The notes beneath the pieces were generated by a model that was not told the origin of the DNA, did no database searches, and worked only from the letters and a program-made list of their open reading frames with translations. 32,000 nucleotides of DNA from Candidatus Kuenenia stuttgartensis (GTDB lineage Bacteria > Planctomycetota > Brocadiia > Brocadiales > Brocadiaceae), in contig NZ_LT934425.1 of the NCBI RefSeq assembly GCF_900232105.1, forward strand, positions 4,320,001 through 4,352,000. Reading direction: 5' to 3'. A program made the translations under genes and the position numbers. Shown piece after piece: positions 1-9,203 of the stretch (its first letter is position 1; each line of letters begins with the position of its first letter).

Positions 1-140
1 CACTACTTTGTTTACGTGTCGCCATCCATACCCCGACAGATTTACCGATTGCTTTTGGTTGTTGCTTCATCAGTAATACTAACTTTCACCATCTTTGCAG
101 TGGTTCAGTATCTGTTTCGCCGCCACTTCGCAAGTTCTAT

Positions 141-1993
141 CGGATGTTCACCCCTGCCAAAACGCATAAGTGCTTAATAAATAGTTGGTTAAGGCTGTAT
201 TTTTAATAAATATGTAGTCACTAATATATTGTTATTATACGACAATATACTTGACGGATAATGGTTGTTATCTGTACAATGGTGGACATGCATATTGTAG
301 AGAACAAGTCAAAATCCGGTAAAAAAATCTATCGATCTACCCTTCTGCGGGAATCGTACCGTGAGGATGGGAAGGTCAAGAAACGCACCATTGCGAATCT
401 GTCGAATTGCACTCCCCTGGAGATTGAAGCGATAAGACTTGCACTCGCACATAAAGACGATCTCTGTGCATTGGGCGCATTGTCAGAATCGGTGAAACTC
501 CATGAGGGTTTGTCTGTGGGAGCAGCGTGGAGCGTGTACCAAGTGGCAAAGGAATTAGGGATAGAAGAGGCATTGGGAAAGGACTTTGAAGGAAAGCTGG
601 CGCTTTGGCAAGTAATGGCAAGGGTAATAGGCCAGGGGTCAAGACTGTCTGCAGTAAGGCTGGCGCAGATACATGCTGCGGGTGACGTCCTGGATATGAA
701 GCGTGGGTTTGACGAGAACAATCTGTACGATAATTTGTCATGGTTGTCAGAGAATCAGGCAAAGATAGAGCGAAAGCTGTTTGAGTTAAGACGAGGAGGC
801 AATAAGCCGAAGTTGTTTTTGTATGACGTGACGAGCAGTTATTTAGAGGGGAAGTCGAATCATTTTGGTGAGTACGGGTATAATCGTGACGGCAAAAAGA
901 GGAAAAAACAGATAGTGATCGGTATGCTTTGTGATGAATCCGGGGAGCCGGTATCAACAGAAGTATTTAGGGGCAACACCCAGGATCCGAAGACCTTTGA
1001 ATCTCAGGTAAAGAAGGTATTAGAGCGGTTTGGATGCAAAGATGTAACGATTGTAGGAGATCGTGGGATGATCAAGACGGTGCAAATCGAAAGTTTACCG
1101 GAAGGGTTTCATTACATAACGGCGATAACCAAGCCGCAGATAGAGTCGTTGATAAATAAAGGGATACTGCAATTAGGATTGTTCGAAGAAAAGCTCTGCG
1201 AGATAAAGGATGATGAGGTTCGATATATTCTGAGGCGCAATCCGGTAAGGGCGGAAGAGATGTCAAAGACCCGTGTATCAAAATTACAGAGTATAGAGAA
1301 ATACATCGCGAAGAAGAACAGTTATCTGAAGGAACATCCTAAGTCGTCAGTATCGAAGGCACTGGAAACAACAAGGGAAAGGCTAACGAGATTGAAACTT
1401 GATGGGTGGGTGCAGATAAAAGAAGAGGATAGGACGCTAAAGATAGAGAGAGATGAGGAAGCATTAAAGGAGGCATCATACCTTGATGGTTGTTACGCAA
1501 TCAAGACTGATCTTGAGGAGAACGAGGCGGATACCAATCTGGTACATGAACGATACAAGGATTTAACGGAAGTGGAGAAGGCGTTTCGGGACTGTAAGAC
1601 GGTGAATTTGGAGGTTCGTCCGGTGTATGTAAGAAAGGAGGATAGTACACGGGGACATGTGTTTGTGGTAATGCTTGCGTACATGATAATTCGAAGGCTG
1701 CGCAGAGCGTGGAAGAATTTTGACTTGACGGTAGAGGAAGGTCTCGCACAATTGACGACCATTTGTTCGATGGAAGTAACAATCAAAGGCCAAAAAGCTA
1801 GTTGCCAGAAGATCCCGCGTCCGCGGCAACAATCACATGAATTATTAGAGGCATTACAGATAAAGTTGCCAGAAGTATTGCCAAGCCGGAACATACGGGT
1901 AGTCACTAGAAAAAAGCTTGCTGTTCGGCGTAAAAGTCAATAAATATAAGGCTTTTACGGCACTTTTGTTTTTTGACTTGGGGTGAACATCCG
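141..1993 (+). mobile_element. IS1634-family insertion sequence, copy 1 (complete, 1853 bp)
   Basis: 14-bp perfect terminal inverted repeats CGGATGTTCACCCC / GGGGTGAACATCCG; 6-bp target duplication TTCTAT at 135-140 and 1994-1999; encloses a 560-aa DDE transposase; same boundaries recur in copy 2. Confidence 0.95.
261..1943 (+). CDS. IS1634-family (IS4 superfamily) transposase, 560 aa
   Basis: Full-length ORF inside TIRs; motifs such as LFLYDVTSSYLEG, IVGDRGM and a C-terminal ...HVFVVMLAYMIIRRL region typical of IS1634/IS1549 transposases; near-identical ORF at 28547-30229. Confidence 0.93.
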   Translation: MVVICTMVDMHIVENKSKSGKKIYRSTLLRESYREDGKVKKRTIANLSNCTPLEIEAIRLALAHKDDLCALGALSESVKLHEGLSVGAAWSVYQVAKELGIEEALGKDFEGKLALWQVMARVIGQGSRLSAVRLAQIHAAGDVLDMKRGFDENNLYDNLSWLSENQAKIERKLFELRRGGNKPKLFLYDVTSSYLEGKSNHFGEYGYNRDGKKRKKQIVIGMLCDESGEPVSTEVFRGNTQDPKTFESQVKKVLERFGCKDVTIVGDRGMIKTVQIESLPEGFHYITAITKPQIESLINKGILQLGLFEEKLCEIKDDEVRYILRRNPVRAEEMSKTRVSKLQSIEKYIAKKNSYLKEHPKSSVSKALETTRERLTRLKLDGWVQIKEEDRTLKIERDEEALKEASYLDGCYAIKTDLEENEADTNLVHERYKDLTEVEKAFRDCKTVNLEVRPVYVRKEDSTRGHVFVVMLAYMIIRRLRRAWKNFDLTVEEGLAQLTTICSMEVTIKGQKASCQKIPRPRQQSHELLEALQIKLPEVLPSRNIRVVTRKKLAVRRKSQ

Positions 1994-2622
1994 TTCTATG
2001 GTGGTCTGCGTAACGAGGTTGCAATATTCCCTTTATGGTACGACCCGTAAACTTGTTTGCCCTTCGCTTGCAAGGACTTTTACTTCTGAGCTTTCATATT
2101 GCAAGTTACCTTTACAATATGTCAGATATAGCTAATCGGTCAAACAACCAATTTCCGATATGGGACTTTCACCCATTTAGTAATGCAGCATTATAGGCTG
2201 CGAACAAAGACGCTCAGAAATTTTGCGGCAAGACCTTTTCTTGCACTTCAAATGCTTCGCTTGTAATGTAGAGAACAAAAAAAAGCCTTTATTTTTTACT
2301 CTCTCTTTTTCATTACTACAGGGATACTCCCACTCCATTTTGCTTGTTTTGCTCATTTTTGCCGATTTACATGAGAACCCTATCGTTTTTTACTTTCTTC
2401 TCCACTTATTGACGGGAGCTTTTGGCACAAATTCTTGATCCGTGTCTTTCGTAGGGTGACTTTGACGTTGCCGTATCTGCATGAAGGGTTGAAAGTATAG
2501 TGAGTAGATGTTAAACTTAGGGCGTAGAATAAGGGAAGCGAGGGTACCAAGGGGTGAAAAGAGACAAACATTCGCCCAAAACATCAGAAAAACAGAGTCA
2601 TCAAAAGGAGAACTGCCACGCC

Positions 2623-4035
2623 ATGAGAAAAAGATTCGAGCCGCAAAGGAGACTTGGAAGCACACCAATATCAGAGGTAGAAATTCCCGAAAAGAGCAGG
2701 GATGAGTTAGCGCCGATTTTGAGGGCATTACAATACATATTTGTTACAGAGGAATTACGAGAGGAAGTATTCAGGGTATTGGAAGCAAAGGTAAAGGGTG
2801 GGAAGAAAGAGACAGGGCGTAATGGTATGGAGTTATGGCAGATAATGGTAATAGGAGTGGTGAGATTGGGATTAGATGCGGATTATGACAGGTTGGAAGA
2901 TATGGTGAATCACCATAGTCTGATTCGTCAGATAATGGGAGTAGATACCGTATTTGGGAGGGGTAAGAAGTATTCGCTGCAAAGCATCAAGGATAACGTA
3001 AGATTGCTCGATGAGGAGACGTTGGGGAAGATTAATGATGTGGTGGTAAAGGCAGGCCAGAGGCTGGCAAAGAACGGACGGGAGGAGAAGCTCCGCATAA
3101 AGACGGATACGTATGTGGTGGAGACAAACGTACATTTTCCTACGGACATGAATTTGCTGTGGGATGCGGGTAGGAAGTGCCTTGATGGGATAGAGGCATT
3201 TATAGAGGGAGGGGTATTGAACGGGAAAGGATGGAGAAAGGTAAAGAATTGGAGGAAAGAGCTAAAGAGTCTGATGAGGAGTAGTTCGAAAGCGGCAAGT
3301 GGTGGTGGAAACAAGAAAGAGGAGGCGGTTAAGAAGCAAGTAAAAGAGTATCTTGGATTAGCAAAGAGATTAAGTGAGAAGATAGGTGCGAGCATAATAG
3401 CGGTGTACGAAAAAATATTAACAACGGGTGCGGAAGAAATGCAGAAAGAGGCATTGGAGTCGATGGAATATTTTTATCAGATGCTGGAGAAGCACAGAGA
3501 TTTGGTAGAGAGGAGAATTATCAAGGAAGAGCAAATACCGGTAGGGGAAAAGGTATATTCACTGTTTGAACCACACACAGAATGGTTGAGTAAAGGGAAG
3601 GCGAATAAGAGGGTGGAATTAGGCCACAATCTGGTGATAGCAAGTGACCAATGGGGGTTTATCGGATATCACCAAGTAGTGGAAAAAGAAGCAGATGTGG
3701 CGTTAATTCTGCCGTTAGCAGACAAGCTATTAAATTTGTTTGGTGAAGAAGAGATAGAAAGTATAAGTGCAGACAAGGGTTTTTACAAGAAGGAATACAA
3801 GGAACTGATAAGTCTTTATATACCGAAAGTGATCATACCGAAGAAAGGAAAAAGGGGGAGGGTAAGAAGGACAAAGGCACGGAATCTTCTGGAACGATTG
3901 AGGAAGTATGAGGGAGATGTGCTGAGGTTTATGGACAATAAAAATGTCCCATTTACGAACAATTTGGCAGAAAACGATATCAGGATGACGAAGGTTCAGC
4001 AGAAGATATCTGGCTGTTTTCGTTCTTTGGAATGA
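2623..4035 (+). CDS. Chimeric transposase: ISNCY-type transposase body fused in frame to an IS66-type C-terminal tail
   Basis: MRKRFEPQRRLGSTPISEVEIPEKSRDELAPILRALQYIF... is ISNCY-like; from about 3856 the protein reads GRVRRTKARNLLERLRKYEGDVLRFMDNKNVPFTNNLAENDIRMTKVQQKISGCFRS, an IS66 C-terminal motif. The longer ORF starts at 2554; the conventional start looks like 2623. Confidence 0.75.
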   Translation: MRKRFEPQRRLGSTPISEVEIPEKSRDELAPILRALQYIFVTEELREEVFRVLEAKVKGGKKETGRNGMELWQIMVIGVVRLGLDADYDRLEDMVNHHSLIRQIMGVDTVFGRGKKYSLQSIKDNVRLLDEETLGKINDVVVKAGQRLAKNGREEKLRIKTDTYVVETNVHFPTDMNLLWDAGRKCLDGIEAFIEGGVLNGKGWRKVKNWRKELKSLMRSSSKAASGGGNKKEEAVKKQVKEYLGLAKRLSEKIGASIIAVYEKILTTGAEEMQKEALESMEYFYQMLEKHRDLVERRIIKEEQIPVGEKVYSLFEPHTEWLSKGKANKRVELGHNLVIASDQWGFIGYHQVVEKEADVALILPLADKLLNLFGEEEIESISADKGFYKKEYKELISLYIPKVIIPKKGKRGRVRRTKARNLLERLRKYEGDVLRFMDNKNVPFTNNLAENDIRMTKVQQKISGCFRSLE

Positions 4036-4155
4036 GCGAAAATTTTCTGCCGCATCCGGAGTTATCTCTCGACCTGTCGAAAGCAAGGGGTAAATTTGAG
4101 CCGGGCATTACAGATGCTATTCCGTGGCGAATTGCCTGATTTTGCTAGCTCGTAG
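4036..4155 (+). pseudogene. IS66 transposase C-terminal remnant continuing in frame past a TGA stop
   Basis: After SLE-TGA, the same frame reads AKIFCRIRSYLSTCRKQGVNLSRALQMLFRGELPDFASS-stop, the normal IS66 C-terminus. Confidence 0.75.
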
Positions 4156-4164
4156 CGACAGTGG

Positions 4165-4500
4165 GTGAAAATACGCTGAATAGATACGTTTCTTCATGTA
4201 TTCTTTGTCTAATGTCTTCACCGTATCCCAGTCCAGCTTGAACTCCTTCGCCACATCCTTTACGGTCATAGTACGGCACTTCCGTCCTACAGAATAGGCA
4301 AATCGCTTAGTGTAAAAGGGATTGTCCGCAAGCCATTCCAGTTTTTCCCGCTTCACCTTTTTGCACTTCCGACATAATACTCGCCGCACCTCCACTTCCA
4401 GGTAAATCCGTGCATCTCCACAGGATAAATCCCGTACCAGACGCACCTTCTTGTCGTAATGACTCCAATGAATCTTTCCACAACACCCACATACCGTTTT
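4165..4500 (-). pseudogene. ISL3-family transposase N-terminal remnant
   Basis: Minus strand reads TVCGCCGKIHWSHYDKKVRLVRDLSCGDARIYLEVEVRRVLCRKCKKVKREKLEWLADNPFYTKRFAYSVGRKCRTMTVKDVAKEFKLDWDTVKTLDKEYMKK (Cys-rich ISL3 N-terminus), partly split over two overlapping ORFs (4117-4446 and 4307-4547); catalytic region absent. Confidence 0.7.
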
Positions 4501-4803
4501 TTTTGTGTCCGCTTAAGTCTAAATAACACGTGCCTTCGAGTCTCCAAATATCCCCTTAATTTCTGCTATCGGACTAAACCCGGGGAACCTGTATTCGTCC
4601 AGCAGTCGTCTCTTTTTTTCCATGCAAGTATCATACAGTTTTTTTTGCTCATAAAAAACTTCTTTTTCCCCTTATTTTATGCTATGTTGCAGTCAATTCA
4701 TGACTCATTTTTACCCACTCACTTGCCTGAAGAGCCATATTAAGATGCGACCCCAAGTCTCCATTAGAGTTTTTACGTCTTTTTCCCTTTTCCGTCATTT
4801 CTG

Positions 4804-4975
4804 CTACGGCAACGTTTCATTAAAACATGGCAGAAATTACAAAAAAATCAGGAATGCATCCGTTGATGATATCAACCGTTCGTGGCGTTCAAAGAATGTT
4901 GGGTTTCGCTTTGCTTTCTCTTCGAGTCGTGCCTCATCCAACCTGGCTTAATATTTAAGATACGACCCCAAGTCT
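4804..4975. repeat. Dispersed direct repeat, copy A (about 170 bp)
   Basis: CGGCAACGTTTCATTAAAACATGGCAGAAATTACAAAAA...TTCAAAGAATGTTGGGTTTCGCTTTGCTTTCTCTTCGAGTCGTRCCTC...TTAATATTTARGATRCGACCCCAAGTC, repeated at 5659-5825. Confidence 0.85.
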
Positions 4976-5097
4976 ACCATTTTACCTGCCTGTGCGATGC
5001 ATTTGACCCTAAATCACCTATTTTATGCAGATTGCCTCTTGATGTGATATGATAAAATGTGCCTTCAAATTCCAATCTCTGACTCTGTTTGCCTTTT

Positions 5098-5298
5098 TTA
5101 CAAGGCATTTACAAGAGCTTCTTTTAATACCACCTTTATTTTAGGCTTTTTGATTTCCAGTATAAGCTCAATAACCTCTTTTATATTATGAATGGCCTCC
5201 TCTATTGTTTTTCCCTGAGTAAAACAATTTGAGTGTTCCTTGCACTGTGCAATGTAAAACTTTTCCCCCTTGGCTATGGTAACGGTAAATGTTTGCAT
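5098..5298 (-). CDS. hicB: HicB-family antitoxin
   Basis: 66-aa protein MQTFTVTIAKGEKFYIAQCKEHSNCFTQGKTIEEAIHNIKEVIELIL..., typical HicB partial RNase H fold; immediately downstream of a HicA ORF. Confidence 0.85.
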   Translation of the reverse strand: MQTFTVTIAKGEKFYIAQCKEHSNCFTQGKTIEEAIHNIKEVIELILEIKKPKIKVVLKEALVNAL

Positions 5299-5313
5299 TG
5301 GTATACCTCTTTT

Positions 5314-5520
5314 TTAGTTAATATGTCTTTTAAATTCTTCCCATTCAATTTGTATTTCTTTGGCGATAGCCCTTGCCGTATCGCGGTCAATTTCTTTGTG
5401 TCTGCCTACAGGGATATTTATTTCCCCATTTGTAAAAATAGTATGATTGCCGCCTTCCCGCAAAAATGTAAAACCATATTCCCTTAAAACTTTTATAATC
5501 TTTGACCGTTTATAACTCAT
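5314..5520 (-). CDS. hicA: HicA-family mRNA interferase toxin (68 aa)
   Basis: MSYKRSKIIKVLREYGFTFLREGGNHTIFTNGEINIPVGRHKEIDRDTARAIAKEI: HicA dsRBD-like fold with the G-N-H-x-I motif; the track ORF (5314-5625) extends upstream but ATG at 5520 is the natural start. Confidence 0.87.
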   Translation of the reverse strand: MSYKRSKIIKVLREYGFTFLREGGNHTIFTNGEINIPVGRHKEIDRDTARAIAKEIQIEWEEFKRHIN

Positions 5521-5641
5521 AAAAAACAATCGCTGTCCCAATTTAACCTGATACATTTTCTTTTTTCTAATGCCATGCGCTTCAAACCAATGCACCTCAG
5601 CAAGACGTATAGTATCATCGGTCAAATGAACATGAACAATC
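5521..5641 (-). pseudogene. Fragment of a small hypothetical protein upstream of hicA
   Basis: Frame reads IVHVHLTDDTIRLAEVHWFEAHGIRKKKMYQVKLGQRLFF, running in frame into hicA; no start codon before the repeat/TGA region. Confidence 0.35.
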
Positions 5642-5658
5642 CCTGTCAGGGGTTAACA

Positions 5659-5825
5659 CAACGGCAACATTTCATTAAAACATGGCAGAAATTACAAAAA
5701 ACCAGAAATGCATCCCTTTACATCAACCGTTCGTGGTATTCAAAGAATGTTGGGTTTCGCTTTGCTTTCTCTTCGAGTCGTACCTCAATCCAACTTGGCT
5801 TAATATTTAGGATGCGACCCCAAGT
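5659..5825. repeat. Dispersed direct repeat, copy B (about 170 bp)
   Basis: High identity, same orientation as 4804-4975. Confidence 0.85.
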
Positions 5826-6017
5826 CCTCCCTGATTTCTGGCAATGCACATGATAGATTCATTGCTTTCGTTTGCAAAAAAGTAAATCCTCCTACCATTT
5901 ATGTACAAGATTGTGTGCATTGATTTTCTTCTCCTAATCCGAAGAAAGCAGGGGAAAATATAGGGACACTTCCAATATTTATCCACCAGATTAAGCAAGA
6001 AATATGGGAAGTGTCCC

Positions 6018-7401
6018 CATAAGCGCTAACTTGTTTTAGGTATGCTCGAAGTATTTTGATATCTGTGTTTTTCGGATTCTTGTATTTTCTGCTAAAGAAC
6101 AAGCAATGTCATTCCAGCACTTAAGAACTTCCTGTAATGATAACGCTGGTTCTATAGCCCGTTTTACTTGATTAGGCATAAAAGCAAATTCACGCCATTT
6201 GCTTTTAGTCTTCTTGCTTGACAATGAAGTATCCCCAGGGGGAAAAAGACGTAGCAAAATCTATTAGTTTTTCTGTCAAAAGAGCAACGAATAGTTTGCC
6301 ATAAAGCCAAGCTTTTGAGCTATCATCATCGTATTTAGGTAAGTGTCCAAATTGTGCTATTTGTTTAAATCTTTTAAAGACCAGTTCAATTTGCCATCGA
6401 ACTCGATACCATTCTAAGATATCAAAAGCGGTAAATTGATTTTCAGGAAACGTTGTGAATACTATTACGTACTTGGCATAAATAAGGGTCTCCGGTTTTA
6501 GTTCAATGCCCTTTTTGCTTGCATGTCTTTTAAGTTTTTTATGAGCTATTTTAATGGCTTCTTCTGTTTTGCGTATTATACAAAGACGACCTTTGACATA
6601 TTCAGTATTATCAACGTTTGGAATAAAAACGTTCCATGATTTTATAGCAAGGGGTCTTTTTAAATATTGGATTTCTTTCAATAAAGGAAAGGGTTTCTTT
6701 TCTTCGCCGAATATCCGTAGAGATTGCGAATTAACTCTAACGCTAAGATAAGCGCCTTTCCTTGTTGCATGATGAATTCCTTGGCCAGTACAGTAACCTC
6801 TGTCAGCTATAATATAATCATCTTTTTTCATCGGAAACTGCCGAAAAGATTCTCCTGTGCCTTCTCCTTCAGTTCCCGTAAGTTTAAAGAAATCGCAAGA
6901 TAATGAAGGAACCTCAATACTATAATGAATGCGCCAAAGACTTCCTGTTTTCCCAGGTTCCTTTACTGTTGTTGCATCAAATAAGCGAAGATGAAAATTA
7001 TTCCGTTTATTAATTTGGAGGCCACGCTCACGGAATAAAGATAAACATAATTTATATAGCCATTCTTTGCTCTTTTTTAATCGCTTTAATAAGGCAACAT
7101 CGGATAAATCTGCTAAGTTAGCACGCTTGGCTCGAACTACTGTTTCACGCAATGAATAGCCACATCCTAAATGAATTAATAATGTTCGAAGAAGCTTTTC
7201 TTCAGATTTATCCTTGCGCAAGCCTTTTAAAGCATTTGTATCAACGGCTAAACTTTTCCAATCGTTTGGGAAGAAAGTTCTTAGAAGATCCCAATCTTCT
7301 CTCATCATGGCTTTATCCTCCTATAGAGTGATTAGCGGGATAATTAATATAAAAATACCATGATGAATAAAATTTGTCAATAAAACAAGTTAGCGCTTAT
7401 G
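6018..7401 (-). mobile_element. IS4-family (IS231-like) insertion sequence
   Basis: TIRs CATAAGCGCTAACTTGTTTTA on both ends; 11-bp target duplication GGAAGTGTCCC at 6007-6017 and 7402-7412; 1384 bp. Confidence 0.9.
6205..7308 (-). pseudogene. IS4-family transposase, frameshifted near its C-terminus
   Basis: 367-aa ORF with LRLFDATTVKEPGKTGSLWRIHY, IIADRGYCTG and EWYRVRWQIELVFKRFK (Y-R-E region); the normal C-terminus (DTSLSSKKTKSKWREFAFMPNQVKRAIEP...) lies in another frame (ORF 6036-6257), so there is a frameshift near the C5/G4 run at about 6230-6240. Confidence 0.85.
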
Positions 7402-7631
7402 GGAAGTGTCCCCTAATTCCCCTTCGGCTAATTAAATGACACAGCTAAGATGTTATTTATCAATGATTTTCGTTCTTATCTGTAACAAATAGCTTTATCA
7501 ATATAATCATTGTTTTAATCTCCACTTCACACACCGTGGTAATATTTCGCTCAATGCGCTTTTCTGCCTTCTGTAGTAAAAACGCATATCTTCCATAACC
7601 TCCGTCTCTTTGTCAAGCTTGGTATAATTGC

Positions 7632-7967
7632 TCAAAATTTGAACATATTTTTAATGATAGATTTTACGGCATTTAGTTCTGCTTCTGCCAATGTTCCCAA
7701 TGGTTTGATCACGTATTTTTTTTCGATTGTTGCCTGCTTACTAATTCTTATAAAGGATTCCACAAGAAGACCGCAACTTTTCCATTCAACGATTTTATAA
7801 TCAGTCCCAGTGGTATATTCCTGTGTTGTTATTCTTGCTATGAGAATATCTTGATCCCCCGAATCGTATAAAATAAGGGCAGGCCTTTTAGAAATGTCCT
7901 GCAAGTCAGTATGGGGAAATCTCACAAGAATAATTTCGCCAAAGTTATAGGTTGTCATATATGGCAT
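7632..7967 (-). CDS. PemK/MazF-like type II toxin
   Basis: MPYMTTYNFGEIILVRFPHTDLQDISKRPALILYDSG...: G-x-I-x-L-V-x-FP and K-x-RPALIL motifs; overlaps the antitoxin ORF. Confidence 0.85.
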   Translation of the reverse strand: MPYMTTYNFGEIILVRFPHTDLQDISKRPALILYDSGDQDILIARITTQEYTTGTDYKIVEWKSCGLLVESFIRISKQATIEKKYVIKPLGTLAEAELNAVKSIIKNMFKF

Positions 7968-8148
7968 CCTTTTCCGAGTAACCTTTCAGGAACTGTGACA
8001 TCGCAAAGTTATTCCACGCTGTTTCCTCATCATCAAGCAAAAGCATGATTCTTACCTTTGAATCAGGTTTCAGTTTATCCTTAAGACCTTTTGGAATAGA
8101 CAAATGCCCATCAGGCAAAACCTCTGCATAATATTCATAAGCTTTCAT
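7945..8148 (-). CDS. AbrB/MazE-like antitoxin
   Basis: 67-aa ORF upstream of and overlapping the MazF-like ORF; EVLPDGHLSIPKGLKDKLKPDSKVRIMLLLDDE resembles AbrB/SpoVT-type or related antitoxins. Confidence 0.65.
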   Translation of the reverse strand: MKAYEYYAEVLPDGHLSIPKGLKDKLKPDSKVRIMLLLDDEETAWNNFAMSQFLKGYSEKDAIYDNL

Positions 8149-8395
8149 GTTTTACACTCCTTAAATTTGATGATTAAAATAACATTTTCCCGCTCCGCAA
8201 ATTGGCAATTATTCGCTCAATGCGTTTTTCTGCTCTTTGTCGTAAAAGACTAATGCAATCCAATACCTCGTTTTTTAAATGGTTAAGATGTGTGCATGTC
8301 AAGAATTGCTCGTGTAGTCGCACGAGGCTGTCAAAGTTTTTCATAAGCACATAATATACAAAGATAAGTATCGTGTCCCCCGGAATTCTAATTAT

Positions 8396-8793
8396 AGTCA
8401 AAAGCATTTATTTTTAGAAAAACCTGTTTTTTTCTTGCATTTGAATTGTTTCTAGAGTATTAAATTCTGCATGAATCCATTTCTCAGTGAAAAAACCCGA
8501 ATAGAATTTAAAAAAGCACATAAGAAAGAGCCTCATAGACGTCATGCCGACCGAATCAAAGCTATACTTCTTCTTGATTCAGGATGGAGTTATGAAGAAG
8601 TAGCAGAGGCGCTCTTGTTAGACGATCAAACAATCAGGAATTACGAAAAACTATACAAAGATAAAGGTTTTGACGGGCTTTTATCTGACAATTATGTTGG
8701 CTGTGTGCCAAAACTCACCTGCGAACAAGAAGAACAATTAAAAGATTATATCAGGAAAAACAACTATAGCGCGGCAAAAGAAATTGTTGAATA
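8396..8793 (+). pseudogene. 5' fragment of an IS630-family element (HTH part of the transposase only)
   Basis: Starts TA|TAGTCAAAAGCATTTATTTTTAGAAAAACCTG, matching the 5' end of the IS630 copy at 28491; encodes MNPFLSEKTRIEFKKAHKKEPHRRHADRIKAILLLDSGWSYEEVAEALLLDD...SAAKEIVE, then stops before the DDE domain. Confidence 0.85.
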
Positions 8794-8960
8794 AGTGCCT
8801 TAATTGTATACTGAAGATTTTCTTGCCTTTCGTGAACCATCTTTCACCCCCCTGCGTATAAATTAACCACAATCTCTTCTTCCTATGTTATATACCAATA
8901 TTTACCATCTCCCGAGACCTCTACCTCTTCAAGGGTGAACTTATCGCCTACGGCGGACTT

Positions 8961-9203
8961 TTAATCTTTTCTTATATACTCCATGGTATAATTATTACAA
9001 CCAGGACATCCAACTTTCGGCATATAATTCTCATAATATTCATTGTTAAATTTCGCCATTCCAATTCCAGCATCCACTATTGCTTCATTCACCAACAGTT
9101 CTTTGTTACATACTGAACAGCGGTATTTGTACTCTTCGGGGAGTGGGCCGAATGGTTCCTCCATCCCCTTCTGGTTTGATAACCTTCTCTTCTTTCGGCT
9201 CAT
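8961..9203 (-). CDS. Small zinc-ribbon-like hypothetical protein next to the IS91 transposase
   Basis: 80 aa: ...YKYRCSVCNKELLVNEAIVDAGIGMAKFNNEYYENYMPKVGCPGCNNYTMEYIRKD; two CxxC pairs. Confidence 0.55.
   Translation of the reverse strand: MSRKKRRLSNQKGMEEPFGPLPEEYKYRCSVCNKELLVNEAIVDAGIGMAKFNNEYYENYMPKVGCPGCNNYTMEYIRKD

Noticed and set aside
329-1906. Opposite-strand ORFs of 64-193 aa inside the IS1634 transposase (repeated inside copies 2 and 3)
   Set aside because: Shadow ORFs of a high-identity transposase gene; compositions such as MFSSNPRFISRTSPAACICASL are low-complexity antisense translations, repeated only because the IS is repeated.
2000-2450. Structured RNA or attC-like site in the intergenic region after IS1634 copy 1
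   Set aside because: Contains the phrase TTTCCGATATGGGACTTTCACCCATTTAG and other repeat-like pieces but no paired core sites or stable fold could be demonstrated by eye.
2872-4086. Minus-strand ORFs opposite the ISNCY-like ORF (e.g. 2928-3395)
   Set aside because: Antisense to a well-supported coding region with no recognisable motif.
6036-6257. Independent 73-aa protein at 6036-6257
   Set aside because: It is the out-of-frame C-terminus of the IS4-family transposase 6205-7308.
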